Source: Oscillospiraceae bacterium (GTDB lineage: Bacteria > Bacillota > Clostridia > Oscillospirales > Ruminococcaceae). From it: a stretch of DNA of 28,693 bases. This document shows, one piece after another, positions 18,414 through 26,037 of the stretch. The stretch covers positions 1 through 28,693 of the forward strand of contig JBJESH010000329.1 of the NCBI GenBank assembly GCA_051882695.1. The letters run 5' to 3'. The notes beneath the pieces are model-generated. The model saw nothing but the letters and a program-made list of their open reading frames with translations. It made no database searches and was not told the origin of the DNA. How positions within the stretch are numbered: the stretch's first letter is position 1; every line of letters starts with the position of its first letter. The translations under genes were made by a program, and so were the position numbers.

Positions 18414-18460
18414 ATGCAGGAGGACTATACTTCATGTACGGTTCACCTGCATTTTCTTTT
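18413..18460 (+). terminator. Intrinsic terminator after ispF (long imperfect hairpin)
   Basis: AATGCAGG (18413-18420) pairs with CCTGCATT (18446-18453); the inner stem has two mismatches and a TTCAT loop; TTCTTTT follows. Confidence 0.6.
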
Positions 18461-18491
18461 CTGCAAAAGCGGAAACGAGAGGAACATCAAT

Positions 18492-18710
18492 ATGAACAGA
18501 TACACCATTGCTTTTACTTCCGTTACTATTGCGCTGAAAGCTCAGTCTGTTCTTCGTTCCCACGATTTCTTTACAGAAATTATCCGCACGCCGCGCAACC
18601 TGGCGTCAGGCTGCGGTTACAGCCTCGTTGTGGGCGGAGACATTGAGAAAGCAATAGATTATCTCGAAAGAGCAGGAATTAAATACAAAGCAGTTATGGA
18701 GAACAGATAA
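18492..18710 (+). CDS. DUF3343 (putative Se/S carrier-like) protein, 72 aa
   Basis: Start MNRYTIAFTS (ATG 18492, RBS GAGG); F.S...A.KA...L and TPR.L..GCGYSL signature; adjacent to a class V aminotransferase. Confidence 0.8.
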   Translation: MNRYTIAFTSVTIALKAQSVLRSHDFFTEIIRTPRNLASGCGYSLVVGGDIEKAIDYLERAGIKYKAVMENR

Positions 18711-18739
18711 ACTTATTTGGTACTTGGAGATTTACTCAA

Positions 18740-19876
18740 ATGATAAATTTTGACAACTCCGCCACTTCTTTCCCAAAGCCTGCCTCTGTAAAAAAAGCCG
18801 TAATAACTGCTTTAAACCGTTATGGCGGCAATCCGGGAAGAAGCGGTCACAAACTTTCTATTGAAACGGCAGAGGCGGTTTACTCGGCACGCTCCGCCGC
18901 TGCCGATTTTTTCGGTGCTGAATCTGACAACGTCGTTTTTACGCAGAACTGTACTCACGCGCTCAACATGGCAATCAAAGGCGCAGCGACCGACGGCTGT
19001 CACATAATCATTTCCTCCCTTGAACACAACTCGGTGCTGCGCCCTGTTCATGCGCTTTCAATGCAGGGAAAATGCACATACAGCATTGCTGCAGTTAGCC
19101 ATGATGATTCGGTTACTGTTGAAAATTTCAGAAAGCAGATCAATCCCAATACAAAAATCATCGCTTGCACTCTCGGAAGCAACGTTACGGGACAGATACT
19201 CCCATATAATCGAATTGCAGAGCTTTGCAGCAATAACGGCATATGCTTTATTGCCGACGGAGCGCAGGCGTGCGGAATAATTCCTATAAAGCTTTCAGAC
19301 GGTATAAATATTTTATGTACCGCAGGACATAAAGCGCTTTACGGCCCAAGCGGAACCGGACTTTTTATTACCGACGGAAAATTTCCGATAAAGCCTATCA
19401 TGGAGGGCGGAACAGGAAGCCTTTCTCTTGAAGCTGAACAGCCTGATTTCCTTCCGGATGAGCTTGAATCCGGTACTGTAAACACATCGGGAGCAATTGC
19501 TCTGGGAGCAGGTATTCGGTTCGTTCAAAAACTTGGCACTGACAGAATTTACAGCCACGAAAATGCTCTTTGCCAAAAATTCATTTCAGCTATGAAAAAG
19601 GTCAAAAATGTTACCGTTTACCGCGATGACAGAGTAAAAAATTACCTTCCTGTGGTTTCTTTTAACATCAACGGAATTACAGCAAACGAAATGGCTGCCA
19701 TACTAAGCGATATGGGATTTGCTCTTCGGGGCGGACTGCATTGCTCAGGACTTGCACATACTTCGATAGGAACTGTTCCCGACGGAACTGTGCGTTTTTC
19801 ACCGTCAGTTTTCAATACGGAAAAAGAGGTAGATTCACTTATTTCTGCGATAAGAAAAATTGCACAAAAAAGATAA
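18740..19876 (+). CDS. Cysteine desulfurase/selenocysteine lyase-like PLP enzyme (aminotransferase class V, short-N-terminus subfamily)
   Basis: FDNSATS, SLEHNSV, DGAQ, TAGHK (PLP Lys), ESGT, RGGLHCS (catalytic-type Cys), GTVRFS motifs. Confidence 0.88.
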   Translation: MINFDNSATSFPKPASVKKAVITALNRYGGNPGRSGHKLSIETAEAVYSARSAAADFFGAESDNVVFTQNCTHALNMAIKGAATDGCHIIISSLEHNSVLRPVHALSMQGKCTYSIAAVSHDDSVTVENFRKQINPNTKIIACTLGSNVTGQILPYNRIAELCSNNGICFIADGAQACGIIPIKLSDGINILCTAGHKALYGPSGTGLFITDGKFPIKPIMEGGTGSLSLEAEQPDFLPDELESGTVNTSGAIALGAGIRFVQKLGTDRIYSHENALCQKFISAMKKVKNVTVYRDDRVKNYLPVVSFNINGITANEMAAILSDMGFALRGGLHCSGLAHTSIGTVPDGTVRFSPSVFNTEKEVDSLISAIRKIAQKR

Positions 19877-19879
19877 ATC

Positions 19880-19917
19880 AATCCCCACAGAGCCGAAACT
19901 CTATGGGGATTTTTTTT
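19880..19917 (+). terminator. Intrinsic terminator between the convergent desulfurase and SASP genes
   Basis: AATCCCCACAGAG-ccgaaa-CTCTATGGGGATT followed by a T run. Confidence 0.85.
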
Positions 19918-20004
19918 GAAATTCGGTTATAATAAGTTTAGTAAAGCAATTGTTTATTACAATTTTAAAACTAAATTTGCTTCTTAAAAGATGCGAAACA
20001 CCGG

Positions 20005-20193
20005 TTAGGACTTGATTCCCTGCTTGTAAGCATCGATCATCTTCTTAACCATCTGACCGCCTACAGAACCAACCTCTCTTGCTGTGAGGTCACCATTGTA
20101 ACCGTTCTTGAGATTTACGCCAACTTCGCTGGCAGCTTCCATCTTGAAGCGTTCCATTGTTTCCTTACCCTGCTGAGTATTTACGTTTTTCAT
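20005..20193 (-). CDS. Alpha/beta-type small acid-soluble spore protein
   Basis: FKMEAASEVGV germination-protease site region and GDLTAREVGSVGGQMVKKMI; RBS AAGGAG. Confidence 0.93.
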   Translation of the reverse strand: MKNVNTQQGKETMERFKMEAASEVGVNLKNGYNGDLTAREVGSVGGQMVKKMIDAYKQGIKS

Positions 20194-20323
20194 AATAATT
20201 AAACTCCTTACATAATTTTAATTTTGCAATTCTGCGATTTTTGTGAACCGCGTTTTGGGGTTTGCTTTAGTATTATTTACGGGCAAAAACTTATTATGTG
20301 AGGTAATTATATGAATAGTTTCC

Positions 20324-21904
20324 TTAATTTTCGATAATTTTCAACGCACATTTTACTCCGTCAACCGCTGCGGACATTATTCCTCCGGCATATCCTGCAC
20401 CTTCTCCGCAAGGGTACATACCGTCAACCGACAGCGAAGTCATATTCTCATTGCGAGTGATCCTTACTGGAGATGAGGTTCTTGTTTCCGGTGCAGTAAG
20501 AACTGCGTTTCTATTGCCGAAACATTTCATTTTTCGTGAAAAATTGTTTAATCCAATACGCATCATTTCAGTGACCTGCTTAGGAAAAAGCTCGTCAAAA
20601 TTACATTCTGTCACTCCAATTGCATATGTCGGCATAACCTCTGCACCGTGCATACTGCCCTTTCCTTCAAGAAAGCTTCCTACTGTTGATGCAGGCGCAG
20701 TATAATTTTTCCCTGCAAGCATATAAGCCTTATGTTCTATCTCACGGGCAAATTTTACACCGTCCAACGGATCTCCGCCGAAATCTTCCGATGAAACTGA
20801 CACAACCAACGCTGCGTTTGCGTTTTCTCCGTCACGGGCAAACTCGCTCATTCCGTTTGTAACGACTGTTTCATTTTCACTTGATGATGGCACGACAGTT
20901 CCTCCGGGGCACATACAAAAGGTATACACCGCACGTTCCCCTCTTCGGTAAGAAAGCTGATATTCTCCCTGCGGAAGATTTGCGTTATTCCAGTGTTTTC
21001 CATAAAGAGAAATATTAACATCCGACTGCTTGTGTTCAATTCTTGCACCGACTGAAAACGGCTTAGATTCAAGAAAAATTTTTTTGTTATAAAGCATTTC
21101 AAAAGTATCTCTTGCACTGTGCCCTATAGCAAGTATCAATGCATCACATGGTATAACTTCACAGTTGTTGACAGTCACAGACTTAATTTTACCGTTTTCT
21201 GCATAAAAATCCGTCAGAGCTGAATTAAAGCGTACCTGTCCGCCAAGTTCAATCACTTTTTTACGAATATTTTTTACCACTCCGCGAAGCTTGTCAGTAC
21301 CGATATGAGGCTTTGCTTTTATCAGTATTTCCTCAGGTGCGCCAAATTCAACCAGTTTTTCAAGAACATGACGGCAAAGAGGGTCTTTTATTCTTGTTGT
21401 AAGCTTGCCGTCCGAAAAAGTTCCTGCGCCGCCCTCGCCGAACTGAACGTTTGTGGACGGGTCAAGCTGCGCGCTTGTCCAGAAGCTGTTGACTGCATTT
21501 ACTCTTTCATCAACACAAGCTCCGCGTTCGATTACAAGCGGTTCAAAGCCATACTCCGCAAGAGTCAGAGCAGCAAACATACCGGCAGGTCCAAATCCGG
21601 CTATTACCACTTTTTTCTTTTTAGCAGAACCATTTTTTTCGGGCATAAGCTTTTCCTGAATCACCTTGGAGCAAAACGGATATTTGCCGCATATTCGGCT
21701 TTCATCAGCCTTGTCAGACAGCTCGATCCAGACAGATGATACTAAACGTATATTATTATTATCTCTTGCGTCAAGTGAGGTTTTATGAACGCCGCTTCTT
21801 ATAACATCAGATTGATTTATCCTGATTTTTTTTAATGCCGCAGAAACAATTTCCTTCTGACCTGCAGTTATACTGCTTTTAATTTGTGAAATTATTACAG
21901 CCAT
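20324..21904 (-). CDS. Uncharacterized FAD/NAD(P)-dependent oxidoreductase (COG2509-like)
   Basis: GFGPAG dinucleotide-binding motif, GEGGAGTFSDGKL, MCPGG, ETRTSSP, GEGAGYAGGI. Confidence 0.85.
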   Translation of the reverse strand: MAVIISQIKSSITAGQKEIVSAALKKIRINQSDVIRSGVHKTSLDARDNNNIRLVSSVWIELSDKADESRICGKYPFCSKVIQEKLMPEKNGSAKKKKVVIAGFGPAGMFAALTLAEYGFEPLVIERGACVDERVNAVNSFWTSAQLDPSTNVQFGEGGAGTFSDGKLTTRIKDPLCRHVLEKLVEFGAPEEILIKAKPHIGTDKLRGVVKNIRKKVIELGGQVRFNSALTDFYAENGKIKSVTVNNCEVIPCDALILAIGHSARDTFEMLYNKKIFLESKPFSVGARIEHKQSDVNISLYGKHWNNANLPQGEYQLSYRRGERAVYTFCMCPGGTVVPSSSENETVVTNGMSEFARDGENANAALVVSVSSEDFGGDPLDGVKFAREIEHKAYMLAGKNYTAPASTVGSFLEGKGSMHGAEVMPTYAIGVTECNFDELFPKQVTEMMRIGLNNFSRKMKCFGNRNAVLTAPETRTSSPVRITRNENMTSLSVDGMYPCGEGAGYAGGIMSAAVDGVKCALKIIEN

Positions 21905-21918
21905 ATTACCAGCCTTTC

Positions 21919-21955
21919 AAAAACAGGCGGAAAAGCTTTACCTTTCCGCCTGTTT
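21919..21955 (-). terminator. Intrinsic terminator-like hairpin between cdaR and the FAD oxidoreductase
   Basis: Perfect 13-bp inverted repeat AAACAGGCGGAAA / TTTCCGCCTGTTT (21921-21955); on the minus strand it ends in GTTTTT. Confidence 0.75.
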
Positions 21956-21956
21956 A

Positions 21957-23303
21957 TCAGTTATTTTCCTTTGCGGTTACTTGAATAGTCGCCCTTGGAG
22001 AAAGAACACCGTCAGAGCCAATGCACCATATATCGTCATATGCAGGAATACTGAAAGTTACCGGAAGCTTATGATAGCCCTCCTCCATATCAAAACTGTT
22101 CAGCATATCTATTTGTGCAATCACATCTATATATGTTAACTGCTCCATTGATTCCTCCGGTCCGACAAATATCGGAGTAACTCCGGAAGTTACAATTTTG
22201 AAATCGAACTGGCTTGGTGCGTTTACAAGCTGAATTGAAGGATTGGTTATATGAATAGGACGTTTAATAAGGCCTTCAGAAGGACACTTTACGGTAATTG
22301 CTCCTACCTCGTTCCAGTCTTGATATCCTTCTGTAAGAAATTCCTCGGTAATAAAGGTAAATTCCTTTCCGATATCCACTTCACGCATATCAATTGTACC
22401 AATATCAATTATGTCTCCGTCTTTGATGCTTTCATTCGGCACAACAACTTCAAGCTCGTCTACAGAAAATTCAAGCTTTTCCTTAAACTTTTCAATATCA
22501 AAGCTTGCAGGAGCATTAGTTATACGAACATCAAGCTTCATAGTACGCTTTGCATATACAGGAACGTGAACTGTAAACTCAGATTTATCATACGTCAGCC
22601 TATTATCTTCATCAACGATAGCAATATTTCCGTTATAAAGCTTAATTGTACTTGTTTTGAAATCAGTCGTATTTGTAAGAGTAGTATCTTCGCTGATTAT
22701 AGCTGTTGCCCTTGAAATGCTTTCAACCGTCTCGGCGGGTCCTGTTATGCTTACAGTATCCGGAACAACAACAATACTTTCAGTATCACCCATAATAAAA
22801 CCGTCAGCTGTACTGATTCCCGAAATTTCCGGACTGACCTGTATTTTCTTTGTGATTATTCTGTCAAAATCAACACTTACTATTGATGGTTCAATCTTTG
22901 TCACTTCAAATTTTTTTCCGGTAGTACTTTCTATTTGTATCGGAAGGTTATATTCCATTGCATACATTACATTCTCTGCCGAAGCAACCGCAACCAGATC
23001 TTCGGTTTTCAGACTTCCGACTTCTCCGCGGTCACCGGTAAGATATACGTTTACTGTTTCAACAGATTGTGACATAGGCTGATATTCATTTGCCTCTGCG
23101 TATGTTCCCTCCAAAGATATTTCAATGGGGACATTGTATATTACCGTATCCATAGTAGGATAAACGCTTATTGAAACTATGAACCATATTACTATTGCAG
23201 CAACAAGCGAAGCAATTTTTATAACAACATCCTTTTCAAAAAGATGCGAAAAGAACATACCGATTTTATTGAAAATATTTTTTATTATCTCAAGCATACT
23301 CAT
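21957..23303 (-). CDS. cdaR: CdaR/YbbR-domain regulator of diadenylate cyclase
   Basis: N-terminal TM (KIASLVAAIVIWFIV) followed by repeated beta-rich YbbR-like segments (V.LTG, PDTVSITGP, PIFVGP); immediately downstream of dacA. Confidence 0.85.
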   Translation of the reverse strand: MSMLEIIKNIFNKIGMFFSHLFEKDVVIKIASLVAAIVIWFIVSISVYPTMDTVIYNVPIEISLEGTYAEANEYQPMSQSVETVNVYLTGDRGEVGSLKTEDLVAVASAENVMYAMEYNLPIQIESTTGKKFEVTKIEPSIVSVDFDRIITKKIQVSPEISGISTADGFIMGDTESIVVVPDTVSITGPAETVESISRATAIISEDTTLTNTTDFKTSTIKLYNGNIAIVDEDNRLTYDKSEFTVHVPVYAKRTMKLDVRITNAPASFDIEKFKEKLEFSVDELEVVVPNESIKDGDIIDIGTIDMREVDIGKEFTFITEEFLTEGYQDWNEVGAITVKCPSEGLIKRPIHITNPSIQLVNAPSQFDFKIVTSGVTPIFVGPEESMEQLTYIDVIAQIDMLNSFDMEEGYHKLPVTFSIPAYDDIWCIGSDGVLSPRATIQVTAKENN

Positions 23304-23323
23304 ATTTATACAAATACCTCCGC

Positions 23324-24274
23324 TCAGATTTTATCGGTAAATTTCTTTTTTCTGAATACCCCGAAAATGCTGTTTTCATCTCTTTCTTCCGATTCTTCTT
23401 CTTTCTTCGGAGGATTTCCGCTGTTTTTAGGTGGCTTTGGCGCTTTCTGCGGCTTTTCCGGAAGCAATTTTTTTCTGAGCAGTTTTTTCAAGCTGTCTCT
23501 CGTGTAGCCCCTTGTCAGGTCACCGTTTTCCGCAACAGAAATGGTTCCCGTTTCCTCAGATACAACAATTACGATAGCGTCTGAATTTTCACTCATGCCT
23601 ATTGCTGCACGATGACGTGAACCGAGAGCTTTGTTAATGGTTTCCTCTTTTTGAGGCTTCGGAAGAAAACACGCAGCTGCAAGAACCATTCCGTCGCGCA
23701 TTATAACTGCGCCGTCATGAAGCGGTGTTTTGGGATAAAAAATATTTCCAAACAATTCTTTTGATGGTTCTGCATTTAATATCGTTCCGGTATCTATCTG
23801 CTCGCCAAGCTTTGATTCCTGCTCAATTACAATAAGCGCACCTGTTGTCGTAGAAGACAAGTCCTCACATGCGTCACATATAGACTCGATAGCAGTACCC
23901 CATTTAGCAGAAAGAGCATCTGCTGATTCAGATGTAAGAGAAGAAAATACAGACAGCTTTGAAACCTTTGAATGTCCCATTTTTTCAAGTGAACGGCGAA
24001 GCTCAGGCTGAAAAATAACAATAATTGCAAGGAGGCCTATATCAAAAACTCTGTTAAGAAGATATGCCATCGCTTTCATGCCAACTGCGTCCATGATAAA
24101 ATATGCAATAAAAATAAGCACTACGCCGCGGATAAGTCCGCCTGCACGGGTTTCCTTAACAAGAGTAAAGCCTTTATAAATAAGGACTGTAAGCACGGCT
24201 ATATCGAGAACATCCCAGAATTCAATGGGCAATATACTGTTTATATACGAACCCATTGTATATATTAAGTCCAT
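23324..24274 (-). CDS. dacA: Membrane-bound diadenylate cyclase CdaA/DacA
   Basis: Three N-terminal TMs, FQPELRRSLE, GALIVIE, PLHDGA (DGA) and GSRHRAA (RHR) catalytic motifs, VSEETG. Confidence 0.96.
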   Translation of the reverse strand: MDLIYTMGSYINSILPIEFWDVLDIAVLTVLIYKGFTLVKETRAGGLIRGVVLIFIAYFIMDAVGMKAMAYLLNRVFDIGLLAIIVIFQPELRRSLEKMGHSKVSKLSVFSSLTSESADALSAKWGTAIESICDACEDLSSTTTGALIVIEQESKLGEQIDTGTILNAEPSKELFGNIFYPKTPLHDGAVIMRDGMVLAAACFLPKPQKEETINKALGSRHRAAIGMSENSDAIVIVVSEETGTISVAENGDLTRGYTRDSLKKLLRKKLLPEKPQKAPKPPKNSGNPPKKEEESEERDENSIFGVFRKKKFTDKI

Positions 24275-24308
24275 TTATCAGACCATTCCTTTCAGCATAT
24301 ATATTATT

Positions 24309-24337
24309 ATTTTACCATTATTTCATCATTTTTTCAA
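24309..24337 (-). promoter_or_regulatory. Putative sigmaA promoter of dacA-cdaR
   Basis: TTGAAA (24337-24332), 17 bp spacer, TAAAAT (24314-24309), with extended -10 TG. Confidence 0.7.
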
Positions 24338-24360
24338 TACCCTTGAAAAAATAAATCAAT

Positions 24361-24394
24361 AAAAAAACAAGGATATTCAAAATGAATACCCTTG
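24361..24394 (-). terminator. Intrinsic terminator after the GH26-like gene
   Basis: Minus strand CAAGGGTATTCA-ttt-TGAATATCCTTG (12 bp with one G:U) followed by T7. Confidence 0.8.
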
Positions 24395-24403
24395 CGATAA
24401 ATA

Positions 24404-25849
24404 TTAAAGTACAACAGGCTCAAATTCGACACGAATTTTAGGAAGTTTCTTAACCGTGTAATAATAGTTCTCTGCCCAGTCTTCGCCTTGTGAGGGGTCG
24501 TTTTCGCCGCTTGCGGGAGGAGCAAAAAGCTTTAAAGTCATGTCGCAAGCACCGTCAAGAGGTTTCTCGTAAAATGCGCTCATAAGGTCGATAACCTTTG
24601 CCTCGGGAGACTTATAGAACCATCTTCCGTTGATTTCAAGCATATAGTTGCTGTCATCATCCTTGTCAAAATAAAGCTCACAGAAATGAGGATTACTGTC
24701 AAAATGCATCGGAATTGCAAGTCCGTCAGCGTCCTCAGCCCCACCCCATCTTAAAGTAACGGGAAGTTCAATTTCTCCGTTCTGTTTCATTTCGGGCAGG
24801 AAGCGCTCACTGTGGATAATTTCCTTATATGTTTTCATTACAGGCTGAGGAATACCTACGTCAGCATTGTTTGGATCCTGTATTTCAAGACCAAGGCGGC
24901 CTCTGTCGCGGAACTGATAGAAAGTAAATCCGCTGAACCAGTCGGCGTTGTCCTCTTCCATAATATCACAGAATTCCTTGACCATCATTGCCTGATCGTA
25001 TGCGCCGGTAACATCACCGTCCGCATTAAACTCGGACATTACCATAGGCTTTGCAGCACCGCCGTTAAGCTCCTTATATCTCTCAAAGCTGAGTTTTGTA
25101 AGGTTATAGACATCTCTTACCTTACTTCTGGAATGGCTTGTTCCTCCCTTTAATGCAACGTCATAAGGCCAACCCCAGTGAAGTGCCATATATTTGTCAA
25201 CAGACCAGATATCTGCTTCGGGAATACACTGTGCAAACTCCTTTTCCTTTTCCATTTCGCCGCCGTTTTCAGGATGTTCAACACCGCCGATACAGATAAT
25301 AGTTTTTACATTAGGAGCATACTCATGAATAATTTTACTGAAGCGAACAAAGAAATCTGCCACTCCCTGATAGGTCGTACGCTTTGTAAAAGAGAACCAA
25401 TCTCCTGTTGCCTCATGGTTGATACGAAGCATCATTCTTCCGAATGGACGCAGGTCTTTTGCAATCGCAATAAGGTGTTCATCTGATACGTTTGGGTCAA
25501 CCGTAAGCGTAAGAGTAACATCCTGACCGTGACGGCGAACATCTCTCATGCAGGTAAAAGGCTCATCATCGGTCGTACCGTTAAGACCGCCCTTGTATGT
25601 AAAATAGTCGTCATAAGGGTAATCCCACTGAAATGATACCTCAGCGTCCTTCATTACCTCAGAAATTCTGCCCGGCCACTCCTTATCAAGGGGATAGTAA
25701 CAATACATAAGGCTGATACTGCGGTGAGGTCTGCCGAGAGTGTGGAGAATATAATCCTGATTAACATATTCGCCTCTTTCGGAGCCGTCGCCCAAATCGA
25801 CCGCACACTTGGCTTTACCCATATGAATACCATAAAGCTTATCGTTCAT
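24404..25849 (-). CDS. Clan GH-A glycoside hydrolase, GH26-like, without signal peptide, 481 aa
   Basis: LRINHEATGDWF (compare GH26 R..HE..G.WF acid/base), DIWSVDKY, KPMVMSEF (nucleophile Glu), GFTFYQF. Start chosen at MNDKLY from RBS AAAGGG spacing. Confidence 0.65.
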   Translation of the reverse strand: MNDKLYGIHMGKAKCAVDLGDGSERGEYVNQDYILHTLGRPHRSISLMYCYYPLDKEWPGRISEVMKDAEVSFQWDYPYDDYFTYKGGLNGTTDDEPFTCMRDVRRHGQDVTLTLTVDPNVSDEHLIAIAKDLRPFGRMMLRINHEATGDWFSFTKRTTYQGVADFFVRFSKIIHEYAPNVKTIICIGGVEHPENGGEMEKEKEFAQCIPEADIWSVDKYMALHWGWPYDVALKGGTSHSRSKVRDVYNLTKLSFERYKELNGGAAKPMVMSEFNADGDVTGAYDQAMMVKEFCDIMEEDNADWFSGFTFYQFRDRGRLGLEIQDPNNADVGIPQPVMKTYKEIIHSERFLPEMKQNGEIELPVTLRWGGAEDADGLAIPMHFDSNPHFCELYFDKDDDSNYMLEINGRWFYKSPEAKVIDLMSAFYEKPLDGACDMTLKLFAPPASGENDPSQGEDWAENYYYTVKKLPKIRVEFEPVVL

Positions 25850-25881
25850 TAAATACAACCCTTTCTATAAAATTATATTTA

Positions 25882-25895
25882 AGTAATCGTTTCCA
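25882..25895 (-). promoter_or_regulatory. cre/LacI-family-like operator in the GH26-like gene leader
   Basis: Minus strand TGGAAACGATTACT versus cre TGWAANCGNTNWCA (two mismatches), just downstream of the predicted -10. Confidence 0.35.
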
Positions 25896-25901
25896 TAGAT
25901 A

Positions 25902-25930
25902 AATTTATCATAAAAATCACATCTTGTCAA
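25902..25930 (-). promoter_or_regulatory. Putative sigmaA promoter of the GH26-like gene
   Basis: TTGACA (25930-25925), 17 bp spacer, TAAATT (25907-25902), with extended -10 TG. Confidence 0.55.
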
Positions 25931-25965
25931 CAAACATTTTATGAACGAAAAATATTTCAGAATAA

Positions 25966-26002
25966 TAAAAGAACAGAGGTATCGGATAAATCCAATACCT
26001 CT
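25966..26002 (-). terminator. Intrinsic terminator after the acyl-CoA synthetase
   Basis: Minus strand AGAGGTAT-TGGA-ttta-TCCG-ATACCTCT followed by GTTCTTTTATT. Confidence 0.75.
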
Positions 26003-26037
26003 ATAACTATATTGATAATTAGCTCACAAAATCAGGC

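Noticed and set aside
16009-19917. Plus-strand five-gene block as an invertible or mobile segment
   Set aside because: No flanking inverted repeats or recombinase; the contents are core metabolic genes with ordinary promoter and terminator boundaries.
20268-20298. sigmaG promoter for the SASP gene (TAATA-17-AATACTA on the minus strand)
   Set aside because: Biologically expected, but each box has a mismatch in very AT-rich DNA and an alternative CATAATA lacks a -35, so the site cannot be placed reliably.
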